A stretch of 56,371 bases of DNA, the filler included, from Porpidia crustulata (taxonomy: Eukaryota): assembly GCA_964255105.1 (NCBI GenBank). It is 4 parts of 4 records of this genome, joined end to end, with 100 filler letters (N's around TTAATTAATTAA, not from the genome) between each part and the next. Parts side by side here need not be neighbours in the genome. Positions count along the whole stretch, not along the records: positions 1 to 14,024 come from CAXUWE010000399.1; positions 14,125 to 28,147 come from CAXUWE010000400.1; 2 more parts are not named here. One strand, given 5' to 3'. Shown here piece by piece: positions 11,967 through 22,300 of the stretch. Position 1 is the stretch's first letter; every line of letters begins with the position of its first letter. The notes beneath the pieces were generated by a model. The model was not told where the DNA came from. It was given only the letters and a program-made list of their open reading frames with translations, and ran no database searches. The position numbers and the translations under genes were made by a program.

Positions 11967-14024
11967 ATGCCTTCGAAACCTCGAGTCCTCTACTGGTTTC
12001 GAACCGACCTTCGCCTGCATGACTCGCCTGCTTTCAAAGCTGCCTTGGACTTTAAGCCTGAGTGTTTGTATCCAATATGGTGTTGGGATTCACATTACGT
12101 CTATCGTGCGCGGGTTGGACCGAATCGATGGCAATTCTTGTAAGTGAGTTTACGAGATAGCCCAAGTTTTGCTCCAGAGCTAGCCTTGGAAGATAAATTG
12201 TGCTAAGTAGATGTGTGTCACGTCCAGGCTCGATTGCCAGTCTGATCTCTCCTCTTCAATAACAAAGTTGAACCCAAAGTCAAAATTATTTGTCATACGG
12301 GAAGCTCCACAAACAATACTACCAAAGCTTTTCAAGGCATGGAAAATATCGCATCTAGTCTTTGAAAAGGATACGGATGCGTACGCACGAGACAGAGATG
12401 CGAAAGTCATGGAAATGGCAAAAGAAGCTGGCGTCGAAGTTGTGGTCAAAGTGGGAAGGACTCTATATGATCCAGATGAGTTGGTCAAGGAAAACGGAGG
12501 AAAACCCACAATGAGTATCACTCAGGTTCAGAACGTAAGAACTATGTTTGCCCGCCTTCGATAGTCTAAGCTCATTATAGTAGGCAGCTAAAAAGATTGG
12601 CGACGTCCCACGCCCCGTCCCCCCTCCCAAATCCCTCCCCAATCCTGGCGATACCACCCTTGGCTTTGACCAAACCCGGCCCTCATCCGACCCTGACTTG
12701 AACAGCCCTCAGCGCTCCGACCCTGACAAATCGTACAACCACCTTGATGGCCCACAGCATGACTTCGCGGTACCTACCATGTCCGAACTTGGTCTCAAAT
12801 CAGCAACTACCGCCCACCGTGGCGGCGAGACTCGCGCCCTAGCAGCGCTTGATCGTATCATTGCAGACAAAGATTACACGGCTACATTTTCCAAGCCTGC
12901 CACCGCCCCTACGGCCTTTGAGCCGCAAGCAACCACCCTCCTCTCCCCACACCACCATTTTGGTTCCCTATCCGTACGAGAATTTTACTGGCGAGCACAG
13001 GACGTCATAGCTGCGTATCCGAAAGGAAAAGCCAGTACCATTCCTACAAATCTCATTGGCCAGCTGCTTTTTAGAGACATGTATTTCGCCGCGCAAGCTT
13101 CGCTCGGCTACTCATTTGCCCAAACAGCTGGAAACTCTCATGTTCGCTTCGTACCTTGGCATCTACCCTCTGAAGTATCCCCTTCCAACGGACTCGTCAC
13201 TGGTGCCCACACCATTGACTCTGAGGAAGCAGAGATTTGGTTTCAGCGCTGGAAATATGGACGAACGGGCTTCCCATGGATTGATGCCCTAATGCGGCAA
13301 CTGAGGCAAGAGGGATGGATACATCATTTGGGACGGCATGCTGTAGCATGCTTTTTAACAAGGGGAGGCTGCTATATTGACTGGGAGCGAGGCGCCGAGG
13401 TGTTTGAGGAGTGGTTGATTGACCACGAGACAGCTTGCAATGCCGGCAACTGGCAATGGTTAAGCTGCACGGCCTTTTACGCTCAATTTTACCGCTGTTA
13501 CTCTCCCATAGCCTTTCCCAAGAAATCGGACAAAGAGGGCGCATTCGTACGTCACTACGTACCTGAGTTGAAGGACTACCCCAACAAGTACATCTACGAA
13601 CCATGGAAAGCGCCCATACCTGACCAGAAGAAAGCGAAATGTCTAGTCAAGGGCGATGGCGCCAGCGAGTCTCCGCAAGGCACCGAGAACGGAGTGCAAG
13701 TATACCCGAAACCAATGTTCGACTTCGACCAGCGCCGTACCATCTGCATCGAAGGCATCAAAGGCGCCTACAAAGCCAACCTTTACGGCAACGACCCGCG
13801 TGTCAAAGACGGGACATGGCCGTCCCTGTTCCCCGACAGCGCCGAAGGTCCGACAGAGGGCAAAAAGCGCACGTCCGGCGCGGGCGGGCAGTCCGAGGGT
13901 CCGACGAAGACCTCGGACGGGAAATTCAAAGGGGGCGCCGGAAAGAGCAACGGCAGCGTGAGGAAGGAGGTCGATACCGAGGAGGAGAATGGAACCGACG
14001 AGGACGAGCGAGGAGCGGCGGAGG
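11967..14024 (+). CDS. (6-4) photolyase / cryptochrome family flavoprotein, 3 exons, 3' end cut off by contig end
   Basis: YWFRTDLRLHDSP, GGET.AL, LLSPHHHFGSLSVR, GRTGFPWIDALMRQL..EGWIHHLGRH, NAGNWQWLS. Introns 12140-12227 and 12535-12583. No stop before the spacer. Confidence 0.93.
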
Positions 14025-14124
14025 NNNNNNNNNNNNNNNNNNNNNNNNNNNNNNNNNNNNNNNNNNNNTTAATTAATTAANNNNNNNNNNNNNNNNNNNN
14101 NNNNNNNNNNNNNNNNNNNNNNNN
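14025..14124. other. Artificial contig-joining spacer
   Basis: 44 N + TTAATTAATTAA (stops in all six frames) + 44 N = 100 bp; identical to the other two spacers. Confidence 0.98.
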
Positions 14125-14240
14125 GACCGACTCAATCCACAACCCTTTTCACCCTAAGTCAGCCCATCATATATCTCAAAAGAAAGCAATGATTATTACT
14201 GATTGATTGATTGATTTGTATCTCATTAATTAGTTACTTT

Positions 14241-14431
14241 TGTTACGATCAGACCTTCCCCAACATCCCCAGCAGCCCTTTGGTAGGGCTAGCGCCCCTA
14301 GGGGGGCTGAGCCACCGGATCAAGGTGGTGCCGAGCCTAATGAGGCCTAGCGTCGCTCTAGCATTTCTTCCTTAGCATTTATTTCTTCGTTGATTTACCC
14401 CCATAGCTAGGTAGTCAGGAGGCCCTTAACA
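14241..14431. mobile_element. Solo LTR (191 bp) of an LTR retrotransposon
   Basis: Begins TGTTA, ends TAACA, flanked by an exact 5-bp direct repeat ACTTT (14236-14240 and 14432-14436). Confidence 0.8.
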
Positions 14432-15082
14432 ACTTTGTAATAAATGAAAGCGTTCGTTGTGTGATCTCGAAAAGAAAATTTATCGATAAAAATTTGAGTG
14501 GAGCGACGGCGCTTTTGAGGATTTGATGTTCTGAACACACTGTTATAGCCAGGGATATGATGAGCCTTCATTATTGAACCTGAGTAAGGTCAGATTAGGG
14601 CATTTGGGCGAGCCAGGACGTTTTCAAGAGGTCACCGACCACTCCGACCTTGCTATCACTGAGCGCCAGACCTCCGGGGTTTACCCGACAGGCAGCAAGC
14701 AGCCCAGATAGAATTAAATTTTACGTTCAATTCTGTAGCCATGCCAGCGCTTGAGTTGGAACCAACTTGCATACCTAATAGGAATTACCCCCCCTCTCCC
14801 CACCTTTCATCAGATAGGACTGTTATTTCAAGCTGGCCTTTTAATTAAAGGCGGACCTCCCAGGTCAAGCTCGATAAATGCAGCCCATTGTCCCAGTCAT
14901 ACCTACTCTTTCCCTCTGCTTCTTCTTCCTCCTCTTATCGCTGATTCCAAATCAAGTCCGCACTCTATCCATGCAGGAATAACGTTCAGCTCCCACACGC
15001 TCTCCCAGATTTTGGACCCATAGGTTGAAAGACACGACTGAAACATCCAATGGAAATATAGATAAAAGGAGAGGCAACAACA

Positions 15083-15642
15083 TTAGAAAAGCCCTGAGGC
15101 CCATTGTTTGATAAGAATGGCTACCCAACAGATAGACTCGGTCAGCTCTTACGAGGGTTGGTCATTCACATTGTATATCTAACCTCTGCAGGTCTCGTGC
15201 GACCTTTAATTGAACCTATACTACAGATTGAAGACTTTAAACCTCGTCATAGCGTTTTAATAACACCAGAGAAGATGGCAATGGACTATCAAAATGCTAG
15301 ACTGGTGGACGATGTGTATCCTTGGTCAAGTCCGTTGGAATAAAGCTACCTACGTGCCGCCATGCTCATGCTGTACTGTAGGCATTTTCGCCGAGCAATC
15401 ATCCTTATCTCAAATTTATAGACTTGAGATGCCAGCACCAACTTATTCAAGGACAATACGGCCGAAGGCCCGATATCCCTGGCCTCACTGCACTCGGCTT
15501 CGAACAATGGGTTACCATCTTCATCCAAACTCACCCCAATATAAGTACAGGAGACTTCGGTACATCATTCTCAACCTACCAATTAACAATCCGGACAATG
15601 TGATAGAGGTTTCCCAAGGACATTCCTAGGCGACTATTTCCA
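15083..15642 (+). pseudogene. Decayed fragment of a conserved fungal domain (resembles what I recall as DUF7514)
   Basis: Pieced across frames and two introns: LEKP*GPLFDKNGYPTDRLGQLLRGL / IEDFKPRHSVLITPEKM..YPW / LRCQHQLIQ..RPDIPGLTALGFEQWVTIFIQTHP / LPINNPDN..FPKDIPRRLFP. TGA at 15095 and several frameshifts. Confidence 0.7.
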
Positions 15643-18600
15643 CATTGCGAAGACCCAAGGTCTCGTAATCGTATTAGAGATGCTATCTCTAAGTATACGG
15701 TCGTCGAAATATCCAGACGAAACCCGGGAAGGCCTCACTCTCGTCTATCTCACTCGATGCGAATTGAAGATCAGTTTTGCAATCCACCAAAGAGCCGACA
15801 TGTCAGATTCGTTCTACCCAACGGTTGTCGTAGTACCACTCAACACAATAACGTAGGTGCAGAAAGTCGGAAAGGTTCATCACATACACATGGAGCGCAA
15901 GCTCAACCATCAACCTACCGTTGAACAGATTAAGCGGCTTGCTTACATCAATGACCATCCCTAGGTGCTATATAAGTCATTTTGCATCCAGCTGTAGCGT
16001 ACTTGGAATCTTGAAATCAGGATGAAACGGGATCCAGATCTTGTTGATTCCTCCATAATGACTTGCTTACAATTGTCCCCTTTGTAGCGACGGTGACAGC
16101 ATGCATTCGCTGAGCAGCCTGTATCCACACAATATGGTTCGGACGACCATCTCAAACATCGTATCATAGCAAAAGCGAGCATACCTCGGCCCCGAGTTCC
16201 CTGTACATAATCTATCTATCTGGTAGCAGTCTTCCTTAGTAGCCATCCTCTCTGCACAGCCACCCTTTGTCAAGCTAGCCTTAAGTTTTATCTGATGCAC
16301 TTGCTCGGTTTGGGTTTTGAAGCTTGTTAGTGTCTTCAAGACTACGTTTTGAGCTAAGATTATTAGGTGATGACAGGGTATTGGCGCGTAGGCGAGATGT
16401 GCTTCAAGGTGCGCTCCGTCGGCGTGATTCCATGACTTGTCACGTTTGCTAAACTCGAATGTACGGTCCTGGTAAGACTTTCGCTCATCGCCTATGTAGA
16501 TAGGACATTGCATAGGCCGGCAAACCAGAGGGAAAACATTCGTATCGTCTTGCTGACTTTGCTCGAAAGAATACAGCGGCTCTGGAGGCTGTAGGAAATC
16601 TTGAAGATCTGGAAGTTCGGGAAGCTCTGGAACGGCTTTTATGAATTTATCCAGGCCAAGGGAGCTGATAGTAGGCATTGAGCGGCGGCAAAGTCCTGAC
16701 TCCTCTCGACGGCACAAGGCAATTCTCAAATTGATTGCAGTAATCCTTCTCTCGAGCCTTTCTGAGTCTGACTCAGCCCGTTCGGGGATGTTGTACTTTA
16801 CAGGTCTAAGAGGCGAGTCATCGTTCGGCAGTACCGAGTTCGAGTAGTCATTCATCTGGGCTTCAACGGCGATGGTATCGGCTACTCTAAGGTGAAGCTT
16901 TCGGTCCAGGCGGAAGTAATCGCTTCGGAGGCTCTCTTTGAGCTTGTGGCGAGCGTGGTCGACGGATCCTTTCTTCAGCCGCATTGGGTCACTGCTTGGA
17001 TCGTTGGAGACAGTATCATAATTGCCCTTAATCTTCTCTTTAAGTTTTTGGGACTCTTTCAAGAGACGTTTGACGTGCTGATGATCAACGACCCTCCCGG
17101 AGCTCTTATTCGAGTATCTGGAAGGCGCGTTATAATCCGCTGTCAAAGTCATCAGCCAGGCCAGCTTTTGAACAACGTTGTCGGAGGGTCTCTCGAGAAA
17201 GGCGGCTTGGGTATCAAATGATACCTCTCAATTAAGATAGCAAGGGGTCGCAGCGGAGGACCGATGGTCAAAGATCTGATTCATAACTGATATAGCCGCC
17301 GTGCCTGAATCGTTAGTATCAGCGATACGAATCGATCCAAGGTTGTGATCGGATTGTAACATGGTACAGCTTATCGTTAATCGCACTCATAAATCCGCGA
17401 AAGATATACTGTATGAAATGACGTTGCAGGCCCGCATTCAGACCGAGCTTTCTACAGTAACCTCGCCACGTACTAGCCCGTAGAGGGTCTGTGTCAGAGG
17501 TACCGCAGGAGCAAGCAGATCGCATCGGGGCGCGAAGGTTTGGTTCATCGAGGACATCACTCTTTCAAGTCAAACTGTGAGCTGGCTTGTCGTCCAGTAG
17601 CTTCAGCTTGAAGATACGAGAAATGTCTGCATTGAGTGTGTCAAGCGAGAACGCTCCGTCATGATATGCTAAGGGAAAGGAGATGGTCGAGGACACAGAA
17701 ATGGGGGTCGTTCTCCCCTACACAGACGAAGGTTTTTCTGCGAAACGGTTAACAAACTGATAATGCACTTCTGGATAATAAAGACATACACATTATCTCT
17801 TTAATTCGCTCCTTTAGTATGCAAAATTGTAACTTTTCCGAGCAATATATTCGGATCGCCTTGGACTGGATTAGGAGCAACAAGTAGCTCTACTTGCCTG
17901 TAGGTAATAGATCCACCCTCTTCTGATCCCACCTCGTAGCCATCATCAGTTTCACTATCACTGCTGTCGCTGCCACTCGTCGACGATCAATCGTCATCAC
18001 TCTCAAGATCATCATCTGGTCCGCTGTTATTACTATTGGCACCTTCCTTCTCCATTTCCTGTCTAGTATCGAATAGCGAGTAGGGTCTACATCCAGCCTA
18101 AATATCTAGGAGGAGAGCGGCAGCGATTTGAACTCGCTGTCGCTCATCCGCAAATATCGTGTCGTCAAAAGTCCGATGGGTGAAGAGAGTGTGATAAACA
18201 TCGTCGGCACACATTACGGGCATGACTTCTGCATGCAGCCTCAGCCCGTATGCAGATATGAGAGTTTTCTTGTACTATGACCCACCAGCATCAGTCAGGA
18301 TTCGTTAGAAGGTATTCAGAAGATAGCAGCTTACGTTGACGACATCCATCCTCAAATCCTCATCCCACTTTGCAACCACTCCCACGGCGAACATACATCT
18401 TCAAGATGTTCCAATAAACATTCAAGACACTGCCAGCTTTGATTCTAGGGCAGTGGTCAAGGATCCATCGCAGAAACGCCTTGATTCCAGGAGCTCGTAG
18501 CGGAAACCGTTGGACGTCTGGGTCTCTCTTCCAGTTTCTTGAGTAAAGCTAGCGAGAAACGCGATATGTTAGATCCACCATTGAAGTTGAGAATATCACT

Positions 18601-18656
18601 AATCTGGATCCTCACTTCATCCATCTCTTTTGTAGCGATTGCATTCGTACGTAATA

Positions 18657-18857
18657 CTATCCCTTAAGCTGGCAGTCCGTGTGCCACCAGGATTATCGGG
18701 CACCTTACCTATCCGGATATACGCGATACCTAAAATGGCTACGTCGAATTACCTGATCTTACCAATATGTGCTAGATGTTAGGGCAAGGGCTTCACCGGA
18801 TAGGTAAGGCGTACCCGATAATCCTGGTGGCACACGGACTGCCAGCTTAAGGGATAA
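18657..18857. mobile_element. MITE (201 bp), ~60-bp terminal inverted repeats, TA target-site duplication
   Basis: Left CTATCCCTTAAGCTGGCAGTCCGTGTGCCACCAGGATTATCGGG...CCTTACCTATCCGG is the near-perfect reverse complement of 18796-18857. TA at 18655-18656 and 18858-18859. No ORF. Confidence 0.88.
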
Positions 18858-18942
18858 TAGCGAGGATCTCGCTTGACGATTTCCACCATACCTTGCATAC
18901 CTGTTTGGCTCTGCTGGTTAAATTCAATAGCATATGCAGCTA

Positions 18943-19040
18943 CTCAGGCTGTCAGACTAGTTTTCAATCTTCGGACACAGAAGCGAGAATACCGGCATAA
19001 ATTCTATCTTTCGTGTCCGAAGATTAAAAAGTAGCCTGAG
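18943..19040. mobile_element. Small fold-back/MITE-like element (98 bp), TA-flanked
   Basis: Termini CTCAGGCT / AGCCTGAG, inner arms AATCTTCGGACAC / GTGTCCGAAGATT, TA on both sides (18941-18942, 19041-19042). Confidence 0.7.
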
Positions 19041-19197
19041 TAGGTGTTCTTGCAGCGTAAAGCGGCTTCAAAGGCTGCCGGAAATGGGCTTGAAGTTTGA
19101 TGTACTATGTAGGTAATCATGGGACTAATGTGCTACGCCCGCAGATGATAGTGTTCGCTTGCGATATCTATAGAAACACCCTCCCACCCTCCATAGT

Positions 19198-19296
19198 AGA
19201 GGGTTTTTGCAAACAAAACTTAGCTGTCAACCCTGCGATTAAAAATAGACCATTTTCAGTTAGATCAGTGAGGCTTTTGGTTTGCAAAAACCCTCT
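19198..19296. repeat. 17-bp perfect inverted repeat pair (possible third MITE)
   Basis: AGAGGGTTTTTGCAAAC (19198-19214) and GTTTGCAAAAACCCTCT (19280-19296). Excluding the terminal A/T, the flanks are TA (left) and TG (right). Confidence 0.6.
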
Positions 19297-19398
19297 GGTC
19301 AGAATTCAATCAATCGATCCAAATTCAGTCCCGGATGTCAAGTTATGATATCTCTATAAATGTATCTACCGAATCAATTTTGAAAAAAAAAGTCTACT

Positions 19399-22300
19399 CT
19401 ATGCAACTTGTGCCTTCGCAGCCAACGCCTTATCGGTGATGCTTTCAGCCTGCGAACTTATGCGCGTACTCGGGTCAAGAAGGTCCAACATGCTGATGTT
19501 GGTTGCAAGCGCTTGTAGGAACCAATTGCGCAACTCGGCAGCAATCAAACTGTCCACGCCTAGATCCGCCACTGACTTGGACGGATCGATACCCTCCACA
19601 TCAACAAACAACATCTCCGCCACCGCGTTAGAGATGGCACTTTGCACAGACGCTACGGTATCAATACGCCCAGCAGCTCCTGCCTGAACAGCCGCGTCAA
19701 ATTTGTGACGTACCGAAGCGACCGTATTCTTCGATCCTTCATCCAAAGAGCCCGTCAAAGAGGCAGAGTGCCGTTGTGCATCCGAGAAAGCGCGGATCAT
19801 GAGCGAGATTCGCGCGTCACTATACCAGCGGGGTACGGCAGCGGATGAAGGCGCATCGCCCTCTTCGCGCTTTCTGGCCATCATGGCTGCTGGGTCCAAG
19901 TAGGTGTGCAAGTTTGCGGCGGAAAGCGGATCCTCCAGTCGACCGTGCCATTGTTCGGAGCTTGTGGTGTCAGCTGTCTTGTTGTTCAAGAATGCTGGCT
20001 CAAGCAGTGTCAAGAATTGAGACTCGCTCAGCGTCAGCGTCTTGTTGCGCTCAAAGAGATCCACAGTGATGGCATCTGTACCGACTTTCGTAACCTCATG
20101 GATCAAGCTAAACGAGGTTGTCGACGCAGGCAAGCCCAGTCGTTGACGGTATCGTGCGAACGCATCCTGAAAACTATTGGCTGCGGTGTATGCGCCTTGC
20201 GTTGCAAATGCATACACAGACAAGGCCGAGGTGGTCATGATGAAGAAGTCAAGCGGCATCGATAGGGTTGCTTCGTGCAAGTTCTTAGTTCCCTGTACCT
20301 TGGCTGACAGACCCTCATTCCATCGCGAAGATGAAAGCTTGTCGAAGGTGAGGTCCAGGTATGAGACGGCAGCGTGCACGATACCCTTGATGGGACGAGA
20401 AGAAGAGATCTGTTGGATCACGCGTGTAATCTGGTCCTTGTTGGTAACGTCACAGACAACAGAATTGACGCGAATATCGCGGCTGGCCAGTGATTCAACA
20501 AGTTCCTGGGCTCCGGGGACGCTGGTAATATCACGTCGAGAAAGAAGTGTCATGTACCTTGCACCCCGATCACCCATCCATCTGATCAAGGACTGTCCTA
20601 AGCCGCCCAAGGCTCCAGTAATGACATAGCAGGCCTCGGAGTCGAAGTTGAGGGCCGGGGCCTGAGGAATCATTCTGACTAGACTCTCCGGGTTTGTAAA
20701 GGTTACGACAAGCTTGCCAATCATGCTGGAAAAGTTACCCAATACCTGGGACAACTGAGCAACATCAGGTGCAGTAACCTTTTGAATGGGCCCAACGAGT
20801 CCTTTGCGGTAATAGTCGTCGAGGGCCTGCATGAGCTCTTCGACAAGCAATGGGTCCGAGTCAATGATGATCGAAGGGTTAATCGAGCAATAGCTAGCGT
20901 TCTTTTGGAATAACTCCAAACTAATCGCTTGATCGTTTTGTGCGCCGGCTCGGCCCACGTCGATGAGGTGGCCCAGAGGTGCCAGTACCTGGAGAGACGA
21001 CTGTAGAAGTTCGCCCTGCGCAGTGCTCAGAACCACATCGAACCCACACTTGCGCGTCATTTCTGCAGCCCGCCGGAGACTTGCCGCGCTGGGTGCTGGG
21101 ATGACATGCGAACCTGGCATGGCCACCTCGTCTAGAAGGAAGCTAGCTTGTTCAGGCGTCTCGACCATGGCGAAAACATCCGCTCCTTTTGCCTTTGCGA
21201 GACGAATTGATGCCAGCCCGACATCATTCGCGCCCGACTGAACGAGCACCGTCTGTCCTTTTCTGAGGTGGGCGACGTGGTCGAAAGCAAAAATAGCGGT
21301 CATGTACGCCAATGGCATGGTAGCCATCTGTATCATATCATCACTTGGCTGAAGCTTGCTCGCGAAGGTAGCTGGCACGCGTGTGTAATTGCTAAATTGG
21401 CCCTTGCCGAGACCATACACGCGGTCGCCAATCTTCAAATCACTGACTCTGGCGCCAATCATGGAGACGATACCCGCGTATTCAGAGGAAAGATTATTGG
21501 CATCCAAGCGACCAGACCAGTGCTCCAAGTCCCTCCAGTTCAGGCCAACAGCTGCAACCTTCACATCGATGAAGTCTTGCGGCAGTGGTTGCAAAAGCTC
21601 TGCATAGGATTTGAAGCACAAGGAGTTGAGTACACCGGGCGTCTCAAAGGCAGCGCGTACAGCACCTTGGCTGTTGAGGGGCAGCATCTCCGGTTTCATG
21701 CTTTGGCTGTCCATACCGTGTTGCGAGCGGAAGCCTGCATCGGGTACATGGCGACTAACCCACATGGAGCCATCTTGCCAAGAAAATTCACGGTCCTTTG
21801 GATTACCCTCTTCGTCGTCCATGGGAATGCCTTGGTGTAGTGCAAACTCCTGGTCGACTATGCAGCGAGCAAGATCTTTGGCTTCGTCATTTCCAACTTC
21901 AAAGTTGTCAGCGTCGATGTCGATTGACATGTACTGGCCGACAGGATTCTCGGTTTGAAGGACTCGGAGCAGGCCAGGAATCAATGCACCATCCGCATTC
22001 CTTCCTTTAACTATGCCACAGCTCGTAACAGCAACCAAGCTTGCCGTATTCCGTGCAAGGTGTTGGGAGATCTTTAGGTCTTGCTCGCTGGCATCGACCA
22101 AGAGATGCTTCTCATCGAAAAGGCCCACCACGCGCGATTCTGCCCCAACGCTATCCAAGGCCTTGTCAAGTAGACCTGCTTTGGCGATCACTCCCCGTTG
22201 TTTCAGTTCTTTGGAGATCTGATGGACAAGAGCCGGAGGCGTTTTGGTGCTATAGAGCAAATGGACAGCGGCAGATTGGGGTAGCTTTACTTTCTCTGGG

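Larger units (their letters stand above)
16067..19070 (-). pseudogene. DUF3435 tyrosine recombinase (Starship captain-type), inactivated
   Basis: Minus strand gives KAFLRWILD..RIKAGSVLNVYW, DERQRVQIAAALLLDI*AGCRP, acidic tract, ITYRQVELLVAPNP..NILLGKVTILHTKG, PLRASTWRGYCRKLGLNAG..QYIFRG, NQIFDH..YLN*EVSFDTQAAFLERPS..MTLTADYNAP, and C-terminal FPLVC...CP..IGDER..Y..RTF. Stops near 18098, 17987, 17801, 17228. 5' end approximate. Confidence 0.85.

Noticed and set aside
14069..14080. TTAATTAATTAA recurring at ~14.1-kb intervals as a biological repeat
   Set aside because: Always centred in exactly 44+44 N; a synthetic linker. The ORF-track endings '...XXXLIN' are artefacts of it.
14541..14760. 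Second TGTTA start as another LTR
   Set aside because: No matching TAACA end with a target-site duplication found.
15083..19070. RIP as the cause of pseudogenisation
   Set aside because: Some stops fit C-to-T changes, but the region is not strongly AT-rich and frameshifts and insertions dominate; needs RIP indices and a second copy.
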